A DNA stretch of 64,000 bases, taken from contig JANRKS010000028.1 in NCBI GenBank assembly GCA_033763315.1, positions 1 through 64,000 on the forward strand. Reading direction: 5' to 3'. A program made the translations under genes and the position numbers. The notes beneath the pieces are model-generated. The model did no database searches. It had not been told where the DNA came from and was given only the letters and a program-made list of their open reading frames with translations. The stretch comes from Deltaproteobacteria bacterium. Its GTDB lineage: Bacteria; Myxococcota_A; Polyangia; Fen-1088. Shown piece by piece: positions 20,897 to 32,227 of this stretch (position 1 is its first letter; the number at the start of each line of letters is the position of its first letter).

Positions 20897-21064
20897 CGCA
20901 TACCCTAAGTTCGTCTAAGGGTTAGGGGCCTGGACCGGTTGGCACGGCGGCCTTGCCTGTGTCGTTTGTGCCACAGTGTTTGATTCCCACCACGAGCCAC
21001 ACAGCCACACCCCCGGGTTCATGTAGGCCGCGCGGCAAAGCTGGGCTAGGATCGCGCCCCTACC

Positions 21065-22240
21065 GTGACGTTATCAAGGATGGTTGTGTTCTTAGGGGTT
21101 GTGCTGACGTTGATCGGCAGCATCCATTTTTATTTTTGGCTGCGGCTCGTGAGGAACACCGCCATGCCGATGCCCTACCGGGCCTGGGTGGGCGCGGCCC
21201 TCGTGGCGTTGGCGCTCTCAATGCCGGTGGCCTTCTTCGTGGGCCGGAGCGTGTCGCCCCCGGTGCGCGCCGTTTTGGCCTGGCCGGCTTTTGTGTGGAT
21301 GGGGCTGATGTTCTTACTGCTTGTGGCTTTGGCCGCGACGGATCTGGTGCGATTGGCCTTGGCGGTGGGTCAAGCTATGGGTGGCGCGGCGGCTGATCCC
21401 GCACGGCGCACCTTCCTCGCGCGGGTCTTAGGGGGCTTGGCTGGGGGCACCGCGGGCCTTTTGGGTGGACTCGGGATGGCCAAGGCGTTAGCCCGTCTGC
21501 AGATCAAAGAGGTGAAGGTGGCGCTGGCCAAACTGCCCGCCGCCTTGAACGACTTCACGATTGTGCAGCTCACTGACATTCATCTTGGCCCCACCATTGG
21601 CCGCCAGTTCGCAGAAGAGATTGTGGCGCTGACCAACGCGCAGAACCCGGACATCATCGCCATCACGGGTGATCTGGTGGACGGCAGCGTTGAAGATCTA
21701 CGGCACGCGGCCGCGCCTTTGGCTCAGCTTCGGGCCAAGCACGGGGTTTATTTCGTGACGGGCAACCACGAGTACTATTCGGGTGTGGATGAGTGGCTGC
21801 GCGAGTTGGAGCGGCTGGGCATCAAGGTGCTGCGCAACGAGCGGGTGCTGCTGGGCGACGAGGGGGCCCAGCTGGCCATTGCTGGCGTGGACGATGCCAG
21901 CGCGCATAGGTTCGGTGATGGGCACGGCAGTGATGTTGAACGTGCTCTGCAGGACCACCCGCCGTCCGTCCCTGTGGTTTTGCTCGCTCACCAGCCGAAA
22001 ACGATCCACGCCGCGGCCAAGGCGGGCGTGGATCTGCAGCTGTCGGGGCACACGCACGCGGGGCAGATCTGGCCGTTCTCTTATCTGGTGCGGCTCGACC
22101 AACCATTTCTGTCGGGCCTCCACCGCCAAGACGGTACGCAAATCTACGTCAGCGCCGGCACAGGCTACTGGGGCCCGCCATTGCGGCTGGGGACGCAAGC
22201 CGAGGTCACAAAGCTCGTGTTGCGAACCAGCTGGTCGTGA
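21065..22240 (+). CDS. Membrane-anchored metallophosphoesterase (YkuE-like)
   Basis: N-terminal TM helices; TDIH, TGDLVD, GNHEYY, LAHQP and SGHTHAGQ motifs. Confidence 0.92.
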   Translation: MTLSRMVVFLGVVLTLIGSIHFYFWLRLVRNTAMPMPYRAWVGAALVALALSMPVAFFVGRSVSPPVRAVLAWPAFVWMGLMFLLLVALAATDLVRLALAVGQAMGGAAADPARRTFLARVLGGLAGGTAGLLGGLGMAKALARLQIKEVKVALAKLPAALNDFTIVQLTDIHLGPTIGRQFAEEIVALTNAQNPDIIAITGDLVDGSVEDLRHAAAPLAQLRAKHGVYFVTGNHEYYSGVDEWLRELERLGIKVLRNERVLLGDEGAQLAIAGVDDASAHRFGDGHGSDVERALQDHPPSVPVVLLAHQPKTIHAAAKAGVDLQLSGHTHAGQIWPFSYLVRLDQPFLSGLHRQDGTQIYVSAGTGYWGPPLRLGTQAEVTKLVLRTSWS

Positions 22241-22320
22241 GCGCCAAAGCCAACATTCACCACAAGGCGAAGCTGCTTGACTCGCGGGAGACAAGCCATA
22301 AAAGCTAGCTAGGCCACTTC

Positions 22321-23958
22321 ATGACAGCTTTGTCTGGTGTTGTTCGAGATCTCAGGTCGGCCTTGGCCCCTCGGGCCGCCGTGGGGCGCCTGGCTCAACT
22401 GGCCCGACGTCCCGGACCCGACTTCATCATACTTGCGGCGCTCTTGGTGGGGGCGAAGGCACTTGTTGGTAGCCCTGTCCTCACGGCATGGCGTTCAGTG
22501 GACGTCTTCACATCACCGTTCTTGCTTTGGCGTTTGATCGTCGTCAACGCGGAATGGCTTCGCCTTTTGTTCCCGCACGCTGTGCTGCTGGTTCTGGGTG
22601 TTCGCCCACGCTGGGAAAGTTGGGAGTCAGGCCAGCGCTTGCGCGTCGTCATCATGGTGTTGAGCACCGCAGTCGCGTGGTCCGCTGCAACGTACTCGTA
22701 CAATGAGTATTTCGGCCATGGCCATTGGCTCGATCGGGCGTTGGTGCTGATTCTTGCCGGAATCGGTTGGAAACGTCCAATGGCGGTTCCCTACCTAACA
22801 ATGCTCGCCTCCGTCTTGTTGCAGCAGGCAGGTCATCCGATAGGCGTCGACAGCTTTGATTGGCGGCCAATCTTGGAAGTGATGTGCCTGTTTTCGTGTT
22901 TCGTGTGGCTCGCCTTTCTCCCTAACCTCAACACCCGCCACTTCGTTCTGGTTGCTTTGGCGCTTATTGGCACCTACTACTTCGAGGCCGGCATTGCGAA
23001 GATTCGGTTCCGTCCCGTCGGGTCGTGGGTCTTCGAGGACGATCTGTCCAATCTCTTAATCGCGGCCCACATGCGAGGGTGGTTAAGCTTCATCCCCGAT
23101 GCGTGGATCTATGCGGTCGCGCACCCATTGCGAGCCTTGTCACCCGTTCTCACTGTTTTCACAGTCGTCACGGAGCTGGGGTTCTTGCTGCTCTTCATGC
23201 ACAGAAGGCTCACGCGCCCGTTTCTGCTGATGGCGGCCGCACTTCACGTTGGCATCTTCTTGCTGGCAGGCATCTTTTTTTGGAAGTGGGTGCTGCTCAA
23301 TCTTCTTTGGTTCTGGTTCTTCAAAGCTGACCAAGCGGACGTTCGCAAAAGTTGGTTCGATCATCGACTCACGGCGGCTTTCGCCGTGGTACTCGCCGTG
23401 TTTGGCGGCCGACAATACTTTAGGCCGCAGATTGGCGTCGCCTGGTGGGATACAAATTTCAATGAGCTCTATGAGATCAATGCCATCGGCAAAAGTGGGG
23501 CAAGCTACCGCGTCGCACCGGATGAATTTGCACCGAACGATGTGACTTTGGTCCAGGCAAATTACTGGAAGTTGGTGAACGGACCGTCCTTAATGAACGT
23601 GTATGGTTCAGCGTACAACCACGATCTTTACGTGGCACTGAAGAAGGCAACATCGCTTGATGAGATCCCCCCCATCTATCGTCGCTTCGCGCAGAACCGG
23701 TACAACGAGGGTTGGCAAAAGTCATTCGACGAGTTGATGCGTCGCAATTTTAGAAGCTGGAACCAACACGGCTTCCGCCACCGTTGGCTCAGATGGATAG
23801 GACGCCCTCCGCACCTTTGGGTTTTTCCACGCAACGCCGTTGCAAAGTTGCCTGAGACCATCGTTCGGGTTGACATCACACGGCAGCCTGTACTCTTTTC
23901 ATCCGATGCCGTGCAACGAGGCAGTCGAGACGTCATTCATTCGATAAAGATCGACTAG
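22321..23958 (+). CDS. Polytopic membrane protein, HTTM/VKGC-like
   Basis: Many hydrophobic segments; YFEAGIAK...W, TELGF and LHVGIFLLAGIFFWKW resemble the HTTM-domain pattern. Confidence 0.6.
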   Translation: MTALSGVVRDLRSALAPRAAVGRLAQLARRPGPDFIILAALLVGAKALVGSPVLTAWRSVDVFTSPFLLWRLIVVNAEWLRLLFPHAVLLVLGVRPRWESWESGQRLRVVIMVLSTAVAWSAATYSYNEYFGHGHWLDRALVLILAGIGWKRPMAVPYLTMLASVLLQQAGHPIGVDSFDWRPILEVMCLFSCFVWLAFLPNLNTRHFVLVALALIGTYYFEAGIAKIRFRPVGSWVFEDDLSNLLIAAHMRGWLSFIPDAWIYAVAHPLRALSPVLTVFTVVTELGFLLLFMHRRLTRPFLLMAAALHVGIFLLAGIFFWKWVLLNLLWFWFFKADQADVRKSWFDHRLTAAFAVVLAVFGGRQYFRPQIGVAWWDTNFNELYEINAIGKSGASYRVAPDEFAPNDVTLVQANYWKLVNGPSLMNVYGSAYNHDLYVALKKATSLDEIPPIYRRFAQNRYNEGWQKSFDELMRRNFRSWNQHGFRHRWLRWIGRPPHLWVFPRNAVAKLPETIVRVDITRQPVLFSSDAVQRGSRDVIHSIKID

Positions 23959-23989
23959 GCGGTTCTGCGCGACAGGAAGGCAGTGCGCT

Positions 23990-25579
23990 TTACGGTGTCG
24001 CCGGCGCTTCGTGTTCCACGCGGTAAAGCCGCCACCGACCGCTCTCGGTGATGCGCGTGACATAAGTGCTGGTTCCCTCGATGGGCCCTTGCACGACCGG
24101 ATCGTGGGTCAAGCCCTGGACAACGATGTAATCAAAGGCCGGCGCGTGCTTCTGCATCGAGAAGGCGGCCATATCATTCCACCGCGGACGTGGCGGTTGG
24201 GGCGCTTTGCTAAAAACGATGGGGTGGCTTGGGTTGTTAAATAGGTAGGGATCGTAGCCACCTTTTTCGGCAACGATATAGGCGTGAAACTGGTTGTATG
24301 GAGTCCGTTTTGATACGGGGTCGTGGTCGTCGAGTGTGAGCGTAAGTATCCGGCTTTCTCGTGGAACCGCCGCAATGATGTTGAGGAAGGGCGCGGCCCG
24401 CGTACCAAAATCTGCCACTTGCACAATGCCCACCACCATTGCCAAGACGGCGGCAACAAGGCCGGGCACCAACACAGTGAAACGGCGGGCATCCAAGGGC
24501 GGAGCGGGCAGAAACAAACCCAAAAGTACAATGAAGGAGGCTTGCCTTTGGTAGATGAACTGTTGATTGATGGGCCAGTAGATTCCAGAGGGGGCTGTCA
24601 AATACAGGAGCCAAGCCAATCCGTAGAGGCCCCAAACGATGCGCCAGTGCGTGTCCTTCGTCCGGTGTTTCAACCCAAGCAGACCAAGGAGCGGCGGCCC
24701 CAAGAACAGGGTCACAAACACCGCAAAGAGCAGCGTTGGCACAAGCGGGCCCGTGAACGTGAAGAACGTATGGTCAAAGAGGCTACTCCACCTTTGTGAG
24801 AAGCTTGGCCACGAGGGAGACCGGGCCTTTCCGCCCGCCCTCGCAGCGATGCGGCTAATGATCCACGGCAACATTGTTAAGATCGGCGCGAGTGCGGCAA
24901 GCCCATGAAGCTGCAGCCGGCGACGCCTATCTTTTGAGACAAACGCTGTGACCGCCGACGCGGCCATCCACACCAAAGTGGCATGTGCATGAGTCAGTGC
25001 CAGCAGACACCCGATCCAACTGCTTCTCCAAACATCGCGGAGAGACATCATTTCGATGGTTCGCGCAAGGTAAAGCAACGCCACACCAAAACCGATGACG
25101 TGCGCGAGAAATCCCCAGCTCACGTTGTAGTCCCAGGCGAAAGCAAAAGCGCAGAGGCCCACGCGCGGTGAACGCTTCAAGGCGATGGCCATTCGGATGG
25201 CCCCCAATGGGGTGCAAATCGCGGCGATGAAGGTGAGCAGCTTCGCGGCGACCAGCGGGCCGGCACCCCAACTCCCTAAACCCAGAATCGAATAAACGGT
25301 CCAGTACGGGACAGGGAAATACTGCAACTGGTAATGCCGCCGCGACACCTCGCCCCCAGACAAGACATGGCGCATCAAAGCGGCCAAGCCTGTGTGATCG
25401 GGCAAATCCTGCAACGGAAGGAATGGCGTCAAGAACAGCGGCGCTGCAGCCAGAACCGACAAGAAGCAGAACGTTGCGAGTAAAAACCGATCGTGTGCGA
25501 AAGCCGGCCAAATACCTACCGCGGTAGCCTGAGGCTCATCGCTGCGCACCGACGCACCATTCTCGAGCTCTTCGGCCAT
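23990..25579 (-). CDS. Polytopic membrane protein, GT-C glycosyltransferase-like
   Basis: First TM followed by a PLQDLPDH acidic loop, many TM helices and a soluble C-terminal domain. True start is ATG 25579; the longer ORF overlaps tRNA-Arg. Confidence 0.6.
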   Translation of the reverse strand: MAEELENGASVRSDEPQATAVGIWPAFAHDRFLLATFCFLSVLAAAPLFLTPFLPLQDLPDHTGLAALMRHVLSGGEVSRRHYQLQYFPVPYWTVYSILGLGSWGAGPLVAAKLLTFIAAICTPLGAIRMAIALKRSPRVGLCAFAFAWDYNVSWGFLAHVIGFGVALLYLARTIEMMSLRDVWRSSWIGCLLALTHAHATLVWMAASAVTAFVSKDRRRRLQLHGLAALAPILTMLPWIISRIAARAGGKARSPSWPSFSQRWSSLFDHTFFTFTGPLVPTLLFAVFVTLFLGPPLLGLLGLKHRTKDTHWRIVWGLYGLAWLLYLTAPSGIYWPINQQFIYQRQASFIVLLGLFLPAPPLDARRFTVLVPGLVAAVLAMVVGIVQVADFGTRAAPFLNIIAAVPRESRILTLTLDDHDPVSKRTPYNQFHAYIVAEKGGYDPYLFNNPSHPIVFSKAPQPPRPRWNDMAAFSMQKHAPAFDYIVVQGLTHDPVVQGPIEGTSTYVTRITESGRWRLYRVEHEAPATP

Positions 25580-25634
25580 GGCGTTGCTGCCTGCGTTTCG
25601 CCGAGCCGCGCCTTGCGACTCACAAATCTGCGTG

Positions 25635-25708
25635 TGCACCCGACATGAGTCGAACATGTAACCCCAGGCTTCGTAGGCCTGTGCTCTATCCAATTGAGCT
25701 ACGGGTGC
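25635..25708 (-). tRNA. tRNA-Arg(ACG)
   Basis: GCACCCG/CGGGTGC acceptor stem, AGCTCAATTGGATAGAGC D-arm, CAGGC-CTACGAA-GCCTG anticodon arm, GTTCGAC T-loop; CCA not encoded. Confidence 0.96.
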
Positions 25709-25777
25709 GTTTCTTCAGTTTTGGGAAGCTGCTCTTACGCTGCAGGAAACCTGCAGTCAAGAGTCAGCTGATCGCGG

Positions 25778-25864
25778 AGGAGAGAGAGGGATTCGAACCC
25801 TCGGTAGGGTCGCCCCTACGACGATTTAGCAAACCGTTGCTTTCGGCCACTCAGCCACCTCTCC
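25778..25864 (-). tRNA. tRNA-Ser(GCT)
   Basis: GGAGAGG acceptor, ACGGT-TTGCTAA-ATCGT anticodon arm, long variable arm, GAGGG-TTCGAAT-CCCTC T-arm. Confidence 0.96.
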
Positions 25865-25906
25865 AGTTGCTTGTTATTCAGTTTTTCGGGCTAATTTAGG
25901 TTTTTG

Positions 25907-25991
25907 AGGAGAAGGAGGGATTCGAACCCTCGGACGGTTTCCCGTCAACGGTTTTCAAGACCGTCGCCTTAGACCACTCGGCCACTTCTCC
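25907..25991 (-). tRNA. tRNA-Ser(TGA)
   Basis: GGAGAAG/CTTCTCC acceptor, ACGGT-CTTGAAA-ACCGT anticodon arm, long variable arm, GAGGG-TTCGAAT-CCCTC T-arm. Confidence 0.96.
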
Positions 25992-26052
25992 AAATTTTCC
26001 TTGGCCGAACTTGGTACCCGAACCCGGTTCCCCGAATCCGGCGGGGCCCCTA

Positions 26053-26081
26053 GTTGTACAAGCGAAGTGCAATGCCAGCAA
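26053..26081 (-). promoter_or_regulatory. Candidate sigma70 promoter of the tRNA cluster
   Basis: TTGCTG-N17-TACAAC followed by a GC-rich discriminator (TAGGGGCCCCGCC). Confidence 0.5.
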
Positions 26082-26136
26082 GGGGCCAAACCGCAAAGGT
26101 GTGGCGATTGCTGGACCTATTTTTGCGGCGGCGCGT

Positions 26137-26970
26137 TCACAGCCGGCCAAGCCCCGGGCCTTCCACGACGCGCGCGGCGGCCTCGGCCGCAGATTGTGCG
26201 GCAGCCAACACAGGTTTTCCCGCGGCCAAGCCAAGCGTGAGCATGACGGCAAAGGTATCGCCTGCGCCCGTCGGATCCACTTCAACAGCCAGGCATGCGG
26301 GTACGTGATGTGTGCTGCAGGTCCCGTTGGTGGAGGGCACAAACAATGTGGAGCCGCGCGAGCCATGGGTGAGCGCGACGACGGCCCCTTTTGTGGCAAC
26401 CGCTTGCGCCACCACCGCCGCGTGCGGGTGATCTTCATCAGAAAGCACCGCCACCTTCGCCGAAGCCGGCCAAGCGGCAAGCCACGCGTGGGGCCAGGTG
26501 GGCCGCACGGCGCCATCATCAGCCACAACCCGCATCACGCCTTGCATGCCGACGCCCACAAACGCGTTCGGAAGTGCCTGCACCAAACCCGGGGCGCATT
26601 CGTTGGCCACGGGACCGATGAACGCCGCCTTCGTGGACGTCCAGGCGGCCGGGAGCATCGACGGCTGAAGATCATCCGCTCTGGCCAGCAAGCGCAGCGC
26701 CCGCGGGGTGACGCTGTAGTCTAGAGAAAAGGTGGTGGCTTGCGCGCATGGATGCAAAGCCACGCCGATGTTTGCTTGATTTTTGAGTGCGACAAGCACG
26801 TCGAGATCAGCCGGCGCTGCCGTGACCACGCCCACCGTTTCGCCCTGGCGCTCCGCCACGCGCGCACAGAAGCTGGCCGCCCCACCCAAGCATCGGATCA
26901 CGGCGGTGTCAGCCGCACGCCGGATCAGATCCAGCGTGACATGGCCGAGCACCACCAATGAAGGGCTCAC
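26137..26970 (-). CDS. PfkB family carbohydrate kinase
   Basis: [21 protein letters not shown] and [10 protein letters not shown] motifs; GTG start overlaps the lon stop. Confidence 0.9.
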   Translation of the reverse strand: MSPSLVVLGHVTLDLIRRAADTAVIRCLGGAASFCARVAERQGETVGVVTAAPADLDVLVALKNQANIGVALHPCAQATTFSLDYSVTPRALRLLARADDLQPSMLPAAWTSTKAAFIGPVANECAPGLVQALPNAFVGVGMQGVMRVVADDGAVRPTWPHAWLAAWPASAKVAVLSDEDHPHAAVVAQAVATKGAVVALTHGSRGSTLFVPSTNGTCSTHHVPACLAVEVDPTGAGDTFAVMLTLGLAAGKPVLAAAQSAAEAAARVVEGPGLGRL

Positions 26971-29480
26971 GCCGGCTCAACGGCTTCGGGCGGGCAAGCC
27001 GGGCAAGCCGATCCGGGAGGCAAGGCCGACTGAGGCGACGCCGTGGCCACCACAGCGCTTTCCTGACGACGTTCGTCGTTGCGGTTGCGCCGATCGATCA
27101 CCGTGCGCCAATCCACGGCCTCCGAAGGCGTTTGCAAAAACGTCTCGGGCTCCGCCAGCACAAGCGCCGTGCGCAGCACTTCGTCCACGTTTTCGACGGC
27201 CACAATTTTAAGGGCTTTCAGCACGCGCTTGGGCACTTCGCGCAGCTCGCGGACGTTGTCGCGCGGAATGATCACCGTGGTTACGCCCGCTCGGTGCGCC
27301 GCCAACAACTTCTCTTTGACGCCGCCGATCGGCAGCACGCGCCCGCGCAAGGTGATCTCACCCGTCATCGCCACGTCTCGGCGCACGGGCACACGCAAGA
27401 GGGCCGAGACCACGGCGGTGGCCATGGTGATGCCAGCAGACGGACCATCTTTGGGGATGGCGCCTTCAGGCAGATGGATGTGAATGTCGGCGCGGTTGTG
27501 AAAATCAACGTCCAAGCCCAGCGACGGGGCTCTTGAACGAATGTACGAAAGCGCCGCTTGCGCTGACTCTTGCATCACGTCGCCCAACTTACCCGTGAGC
27601 ACCAACTTGCCTCGGCCGGGCACGATGGAGACTTCCGTGCTGAGCAAATCGCCGCCATACGAAGTCACGGCCAAGCCATTGCACAAGCCCACCGAATCCG
27701 CGGTTTCCGTTTTTCCTGAACGAAACTTGGACGGGCCCAAGAAGTGGCCGAGGCGCTTGGGCGAGATCTTCCACGTGTTCAAGCTGCGGTCAGCGACGTA
27801 TTCACGCGCGATCTTGCGGCAAATCGTGGCCAGTTCACGCTCGAGGCTGCGCACACCCGATTCTTTGGTGTAGCCGCTGATGATGGCGCGCGTGGTTTCT
27901 TCGGGCACTTGAATCTTTAGGCCTGCAAGGCCGTTGTCACGTTGCTGCTTGGGCAATAGATGACGTTCGGCGATCGAGATCTTCTCGAACTCGGTGTAGC
28001 CCGGCACGAAGATCAACTCCATACGATCGAGAAGCGGCGCCGGTATGCCTTGCAGGTAATTTGCTGTGGCGATGAACATCACGTTCGAAAGATCGTAATC
28101 AAGCTCAAGGAAGTGATCCATGAACGCCTTGTTCTGTTCCGGATCCAAAACCTCCAGCAGCGCTGATGACGGATCGCCGCGGAAATCGGCGGACATTTTG
28201 TCCACCTCGTCCAACAAGAACACGGGGTTGTCGCTGCCTGATTTTTTCAGCGACTGGATGATCTTGCCCGGCAGCGCACCAATATACGTGCGGCGGTGGC
28301 CGCGGATCTCGGCCTCATCGCGCACGCCGCCCAAGGCGAGGCGCACGAAATCGCGACCCGTGGCGCGGGCGATGGACCGCGCGAGCGAGGTCTTGCCCAC
28401 GCCGGGCGGCCCCACCAAGCACAAAATCGGCCCCTTTTGTTTAGCGACGAGCGACTGCACAGCCAAGTACTCAAGGATGCGCTCTTTGACTTTGGTCAAA
28501 CCAAAGTGCTCTTCATCAAGCACCACTTGCGCTTGCGCCACATCAATGTGGCTTTGGCTGCAATCGCCCCAAGGCAACGCCAAGATCCAATCGATGTAAT
28601 TGCGCACCACCGCGGCCTCCGCGCTCATCGGCGCCATCATCCGCAGCTTCTTGATCTCTTTTTCAACCTTGGTTTTGGCCTCGGCGGAAAGCGCCTTATG
28701 TCGGGCGCGCTCTTCGAGTTCTGCGATTTCCGATTTAAACTCGTCGCGGCCATCGGCTTCTTTGCCGAGCGACTGAATTTGGTCGCTTAAGTACTGCTCT
28801 TTTTCAACGCGCTCGGCACGCCGCTTCACTTTGGTGCGAATGCGACGTTCCACTTCCAAGACTTCGACTTCGGCTTTGAGCAATTCAAGCAATTGCGTCA
28901 GCCGTGCCCAAGGCGAAATCACTTCCAGCAGCTTTTGCTTGTCGGCGAGCTTCAGCGGTAGATGGCCAATCACTGTGTCGGCCAGCGCGCCCGCCTCTTC
29001 GATCGTTTGCACGGAAGCCAAGATCTCGGGCGTCACGCGCTTGTTCAGCTTCACAAACGTCTCAAACGATGCCTGCACTTGCCGAACCATGGCGGCAAGC
29101 TCAGCCGCGTCTTCTTCGGGCTCGGGCAGGGGCTCCACGTCAACCACGTAGCAACCATCGGTTTTGACAAAACGGCGAACCACCGCGCGACGGCGGCCTT
29201 CCACCAAGACCTTCACGGTGCCGTCTGCAAGGCGCACCACCTGGATGATCCCCGCAAGCGTTCCCACGTCATGAATGTCTGACGGGTTCGGCTCCTCGGT
29301 GCCCGCTTGCCGCTGCGCGGACAAGAAGATCTCCTGGTACTCGCCGCTCGACATGGCTTCTTCGAGCGCCCCCAAAGACTTTTCGCGCCCCACGAACAGG
29401 GGCACAACCTGAAACGGGAACACAACGATGTCCCGCAATGGCAATAGCGGTGCGGGGCGAATCCGGGTGTCGTCGGCCAT
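26967..29480 (-). CDS. lon: Lon protease
   Basis: [40 protein letters not shown] (catalytic Ser) and IGGVKEK (Lys). Confidence 0.97.
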   Translation of the reverse strand: MADDTRIRPAPLLPLRDIVVFPFQVVPLFVGREKSLGALEEAMSSGEYQEIFLSAQRQAGTEEPNPSDIHDVGTLAGIIQVVRLADGTVKVLVEGRRRAVVRRFVKTDGCYVVDVEPLPEPEEDAAELAAMVRQVQASFETFVKLNKRVTPEILASVQTIEEAGALADTVIGHLPLKLADKQKLLEVISPWARLTQLLELLKAEVEVLEVERRIRTKVKRRAERVEKEQYLSDQIQSLGKEADGRDEFKSEIAELEERARHKALSAEAKTKVEKEIKKLRMMAPMSAEAAVVRNYIDWILALPWGDCSQSHIDVAQAQVVLDEEHFGLTKVKERILEYLAVQSLVAKQKGPILCLVGPPGVGKTSLARSIARATGRDFVRLALGGVRDEAEIRGHRRTYIGALPGKIIQSLKKSGSDNPVFLLDEVDKMSADFRGDPSSALLEVLDPEQNKAFMDHFLELDYDLSNVMFIATANYLQGIPAPLLDRMELIFVPGYTEFEKISIAERHLLPKQQRDNGLAGLKIQVPEETTRAIISGYTKESGVRSLERELATICRKIAREYVADRSLNTWKISPKRLGHFLGPSKFRSGKTETADSVGLCNGLAVTSYGGDLLSTEVSIVPGRGKLVLTGKLGDVMQESAQAALSYIRSRAPSLGLDVDFHNRADIHIHLPEGAIPKDGPSAGITMATAVVSALLRVPVRRDVAMTGEITLRGRVLPIGGVKEKLLAAHRAGVTTVIIPRDNVRELREVPKRVLKALKIVAVENVDEVLRTALVLAEPETFLQTPSEAVDWRTVIDRRNRNDERRQESAVVATASPQSALPPGSACPACPPEAVEPA

Positions 29481-29598
29481 GGGATCAAAGCGTAGCCCCA
29501 CCACCCCAGCCCCCGAAATTTTCGCATACGCCTTGGTCCGGCGGGCAGGAAACGGTCCGCCGCTTGCGCCAGGGGGGACGTCACCATAACGTCACGGC

Positions 29599-30150
29599 GT
29601 GGCTTGGACGCCTTTGGAATCGCTGGTTCACGTTTTGAAGAACGCGTATTCGGGGGAATTGGCCGCGGCGTTGGCCTACGAGGGACACCGCAATTCAGTT
29701 CGGAGCGAGACGGAGAAGGCCGAGATCGAGCTCATCAGGTTGCAAGAGCTGCATCACCGGGAACGGGTGGGCGAGTTTTTGACAAGGCTCGGCGCCGCGC
29801 CCTGCCCTCGCCGCGAGCGCAAATTCCGCCGGATAGGCAAGGCGATCGCGTTTTTGTGCCACGTGGGGGGCTGGTTTTTGCCGATGTACGGTGCGGGTAA
29901 GTTGGAAAGCACGAACATCGTTGAATACGAGAACGCCGCCCGGTACGCATTGGCCGCGGGGCACCCCGAGCTTGTGGACGATCTCCTGCAAATGGCAGAG
30001 GTCGAGTGGGATCACGAGCTGTATTTTCGCCAAAAGGTGGCGAATCATTGGCTGTGCAAGTTGTTCCGGCTATGGCCGGTCCCGCCACCACGGGCACAGA
30101 TTCGCCACGGCTACGCCAATCTGTTGCTGAGCGGTTGGAAGGCGCAGTAG
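29599..30150 (+). CDS. Ferritin-like di-iron protein (Coq7/DMQ-hydroxylase-like)
   Basis: [19 protein letters not shown]...EY and EVEWDHE form an E...ExxH...E...ExxH ligand pattern. Confidence 0.75.
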   Translation: MAWTPLESLVHVLKNAYSGELAAALAYEGHRNSVRSETEKAEIELIRLQELHHRERVGEFLTRLGAAPCPRRERKFRRIGKAIAFLCHVGGWFLPMYGAGKLESTNIVEYENAARYALAAGHPELVDDLLQMAEVEWDHELYFRQKVANHWLCKLFRLWPVPPPRAQIRHGYANLLLSGWKAQ

Positions 30151-30157
30151 GCGCGTT

Positions 30158-31435
<1,278 letters not shown>

Positions 31436-31507
31436 CGAATCAAAACGGTAGCACGACCCTGACCAGGGGGCTACGGCAGTGCCCCCCGAGCCAGTTAGGT
31501 GCGCGTA

Positions 31508-32155
31508 CTAACGCACCTTTTCGGTGGTCTTCTTTTCAATCACTTCATCGATCAGGCCGTATTCCTTGGCCTCGATGCCGCTCATGAAATAATCGCGTTC
31601 CGTGTCGTTCTTGATGCGATCCAGCGGCTGGCCGGTGTGGCCCGCAAGCAAGTTGTTCAAGGTGTCGCGGGTGCGCAGAATCTCACGGGCGTGAATGTCG
31701 ATGTCGGTGGCCTGGCCCGAGAAACCGCCCAAGGGCTGGTGAATCAGGATCCGGGAGTGCGGCAAAGCGTAACGCTTACCCTTGGCACCGGCAGACAGCA
31801 GGAAGGCGCCCATGGAAGCCGCCTGGCCCATGCAGAAGGTGGCCACGTCGGGACGCACATATCGCATGGTGTCGTAGATGGCCAAGCCTGCGGTCACCAA
31901 CCCGCCGGGCGAGTTGATGTAGAGCATGATGTCTTTATCGGGATCTTCGCTTTCCAAGAACAACAGCTGCGCGATGATGATGTTCGCGATGTCGTCGTTG
32001 ACCTGGGTGCCCAGGAAGATGATCCGGTCTTTGAGAAGACGGGAGAAGATATCCCAGCCGCGCTCGCCCCGGTGGGTTTGCTCGATGACCGTGGGAATGA
32101 TGATATTGCTGACGGAAGGGGGAAGCGCGTCGTATGGGGAGCGGGACATCGTCAC
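31508..32155 (-). CDS. clpP: ATP-dependent Clp protease proteolytic subunit
   Basis: [33 protein letters not shown] and ERD motifs. Confidence 0.98.
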   Translation of the reverse strand: MTMSRSPYDALPPSVSNIIIPTVIEQTHRGERGWDIFSRLLKDRIIFLGTQVNDDIANIIIAQLLFLESEDPDKDIMLYINSPGGLVTAGLAIYDTMRYVRPDVATFCMGQAASMGAFLLSAGAKGKRYALPHSRILIHQPLGGFSGQATDIDIHAREILRTRDTLNNLLAGHTGQPLDRIKNDTERDYFMSGIEAKEYGLIDEVIEKKTTEKVR

Positions 32156-32227
32156 CTCACTTGAGATTTAGGGAAGTAGTATCGCCGGAAATAAGACGCC
32201 TGTCGCGCCTGTCGGGATTCTAAACTT

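Noticed and set aside
20939-20957. TTGGCACGGCGGCCTTGCC as a plus-strand sigma54 promoter
   Set aside because: The GG-to-GC spacing is 12 nt rather than the strict 10.
25580-25693. N-terminal extension of the 567-aa ORF
   Set aside because: It overlaps tRNA-Arg; the real start is ATG 25579.
22241-25708. Integrative element at tRNA-Arg
   Set aside because: No integrase and no duplicated tRNA 3' end (att site) was found, so it is not called a mobile element.
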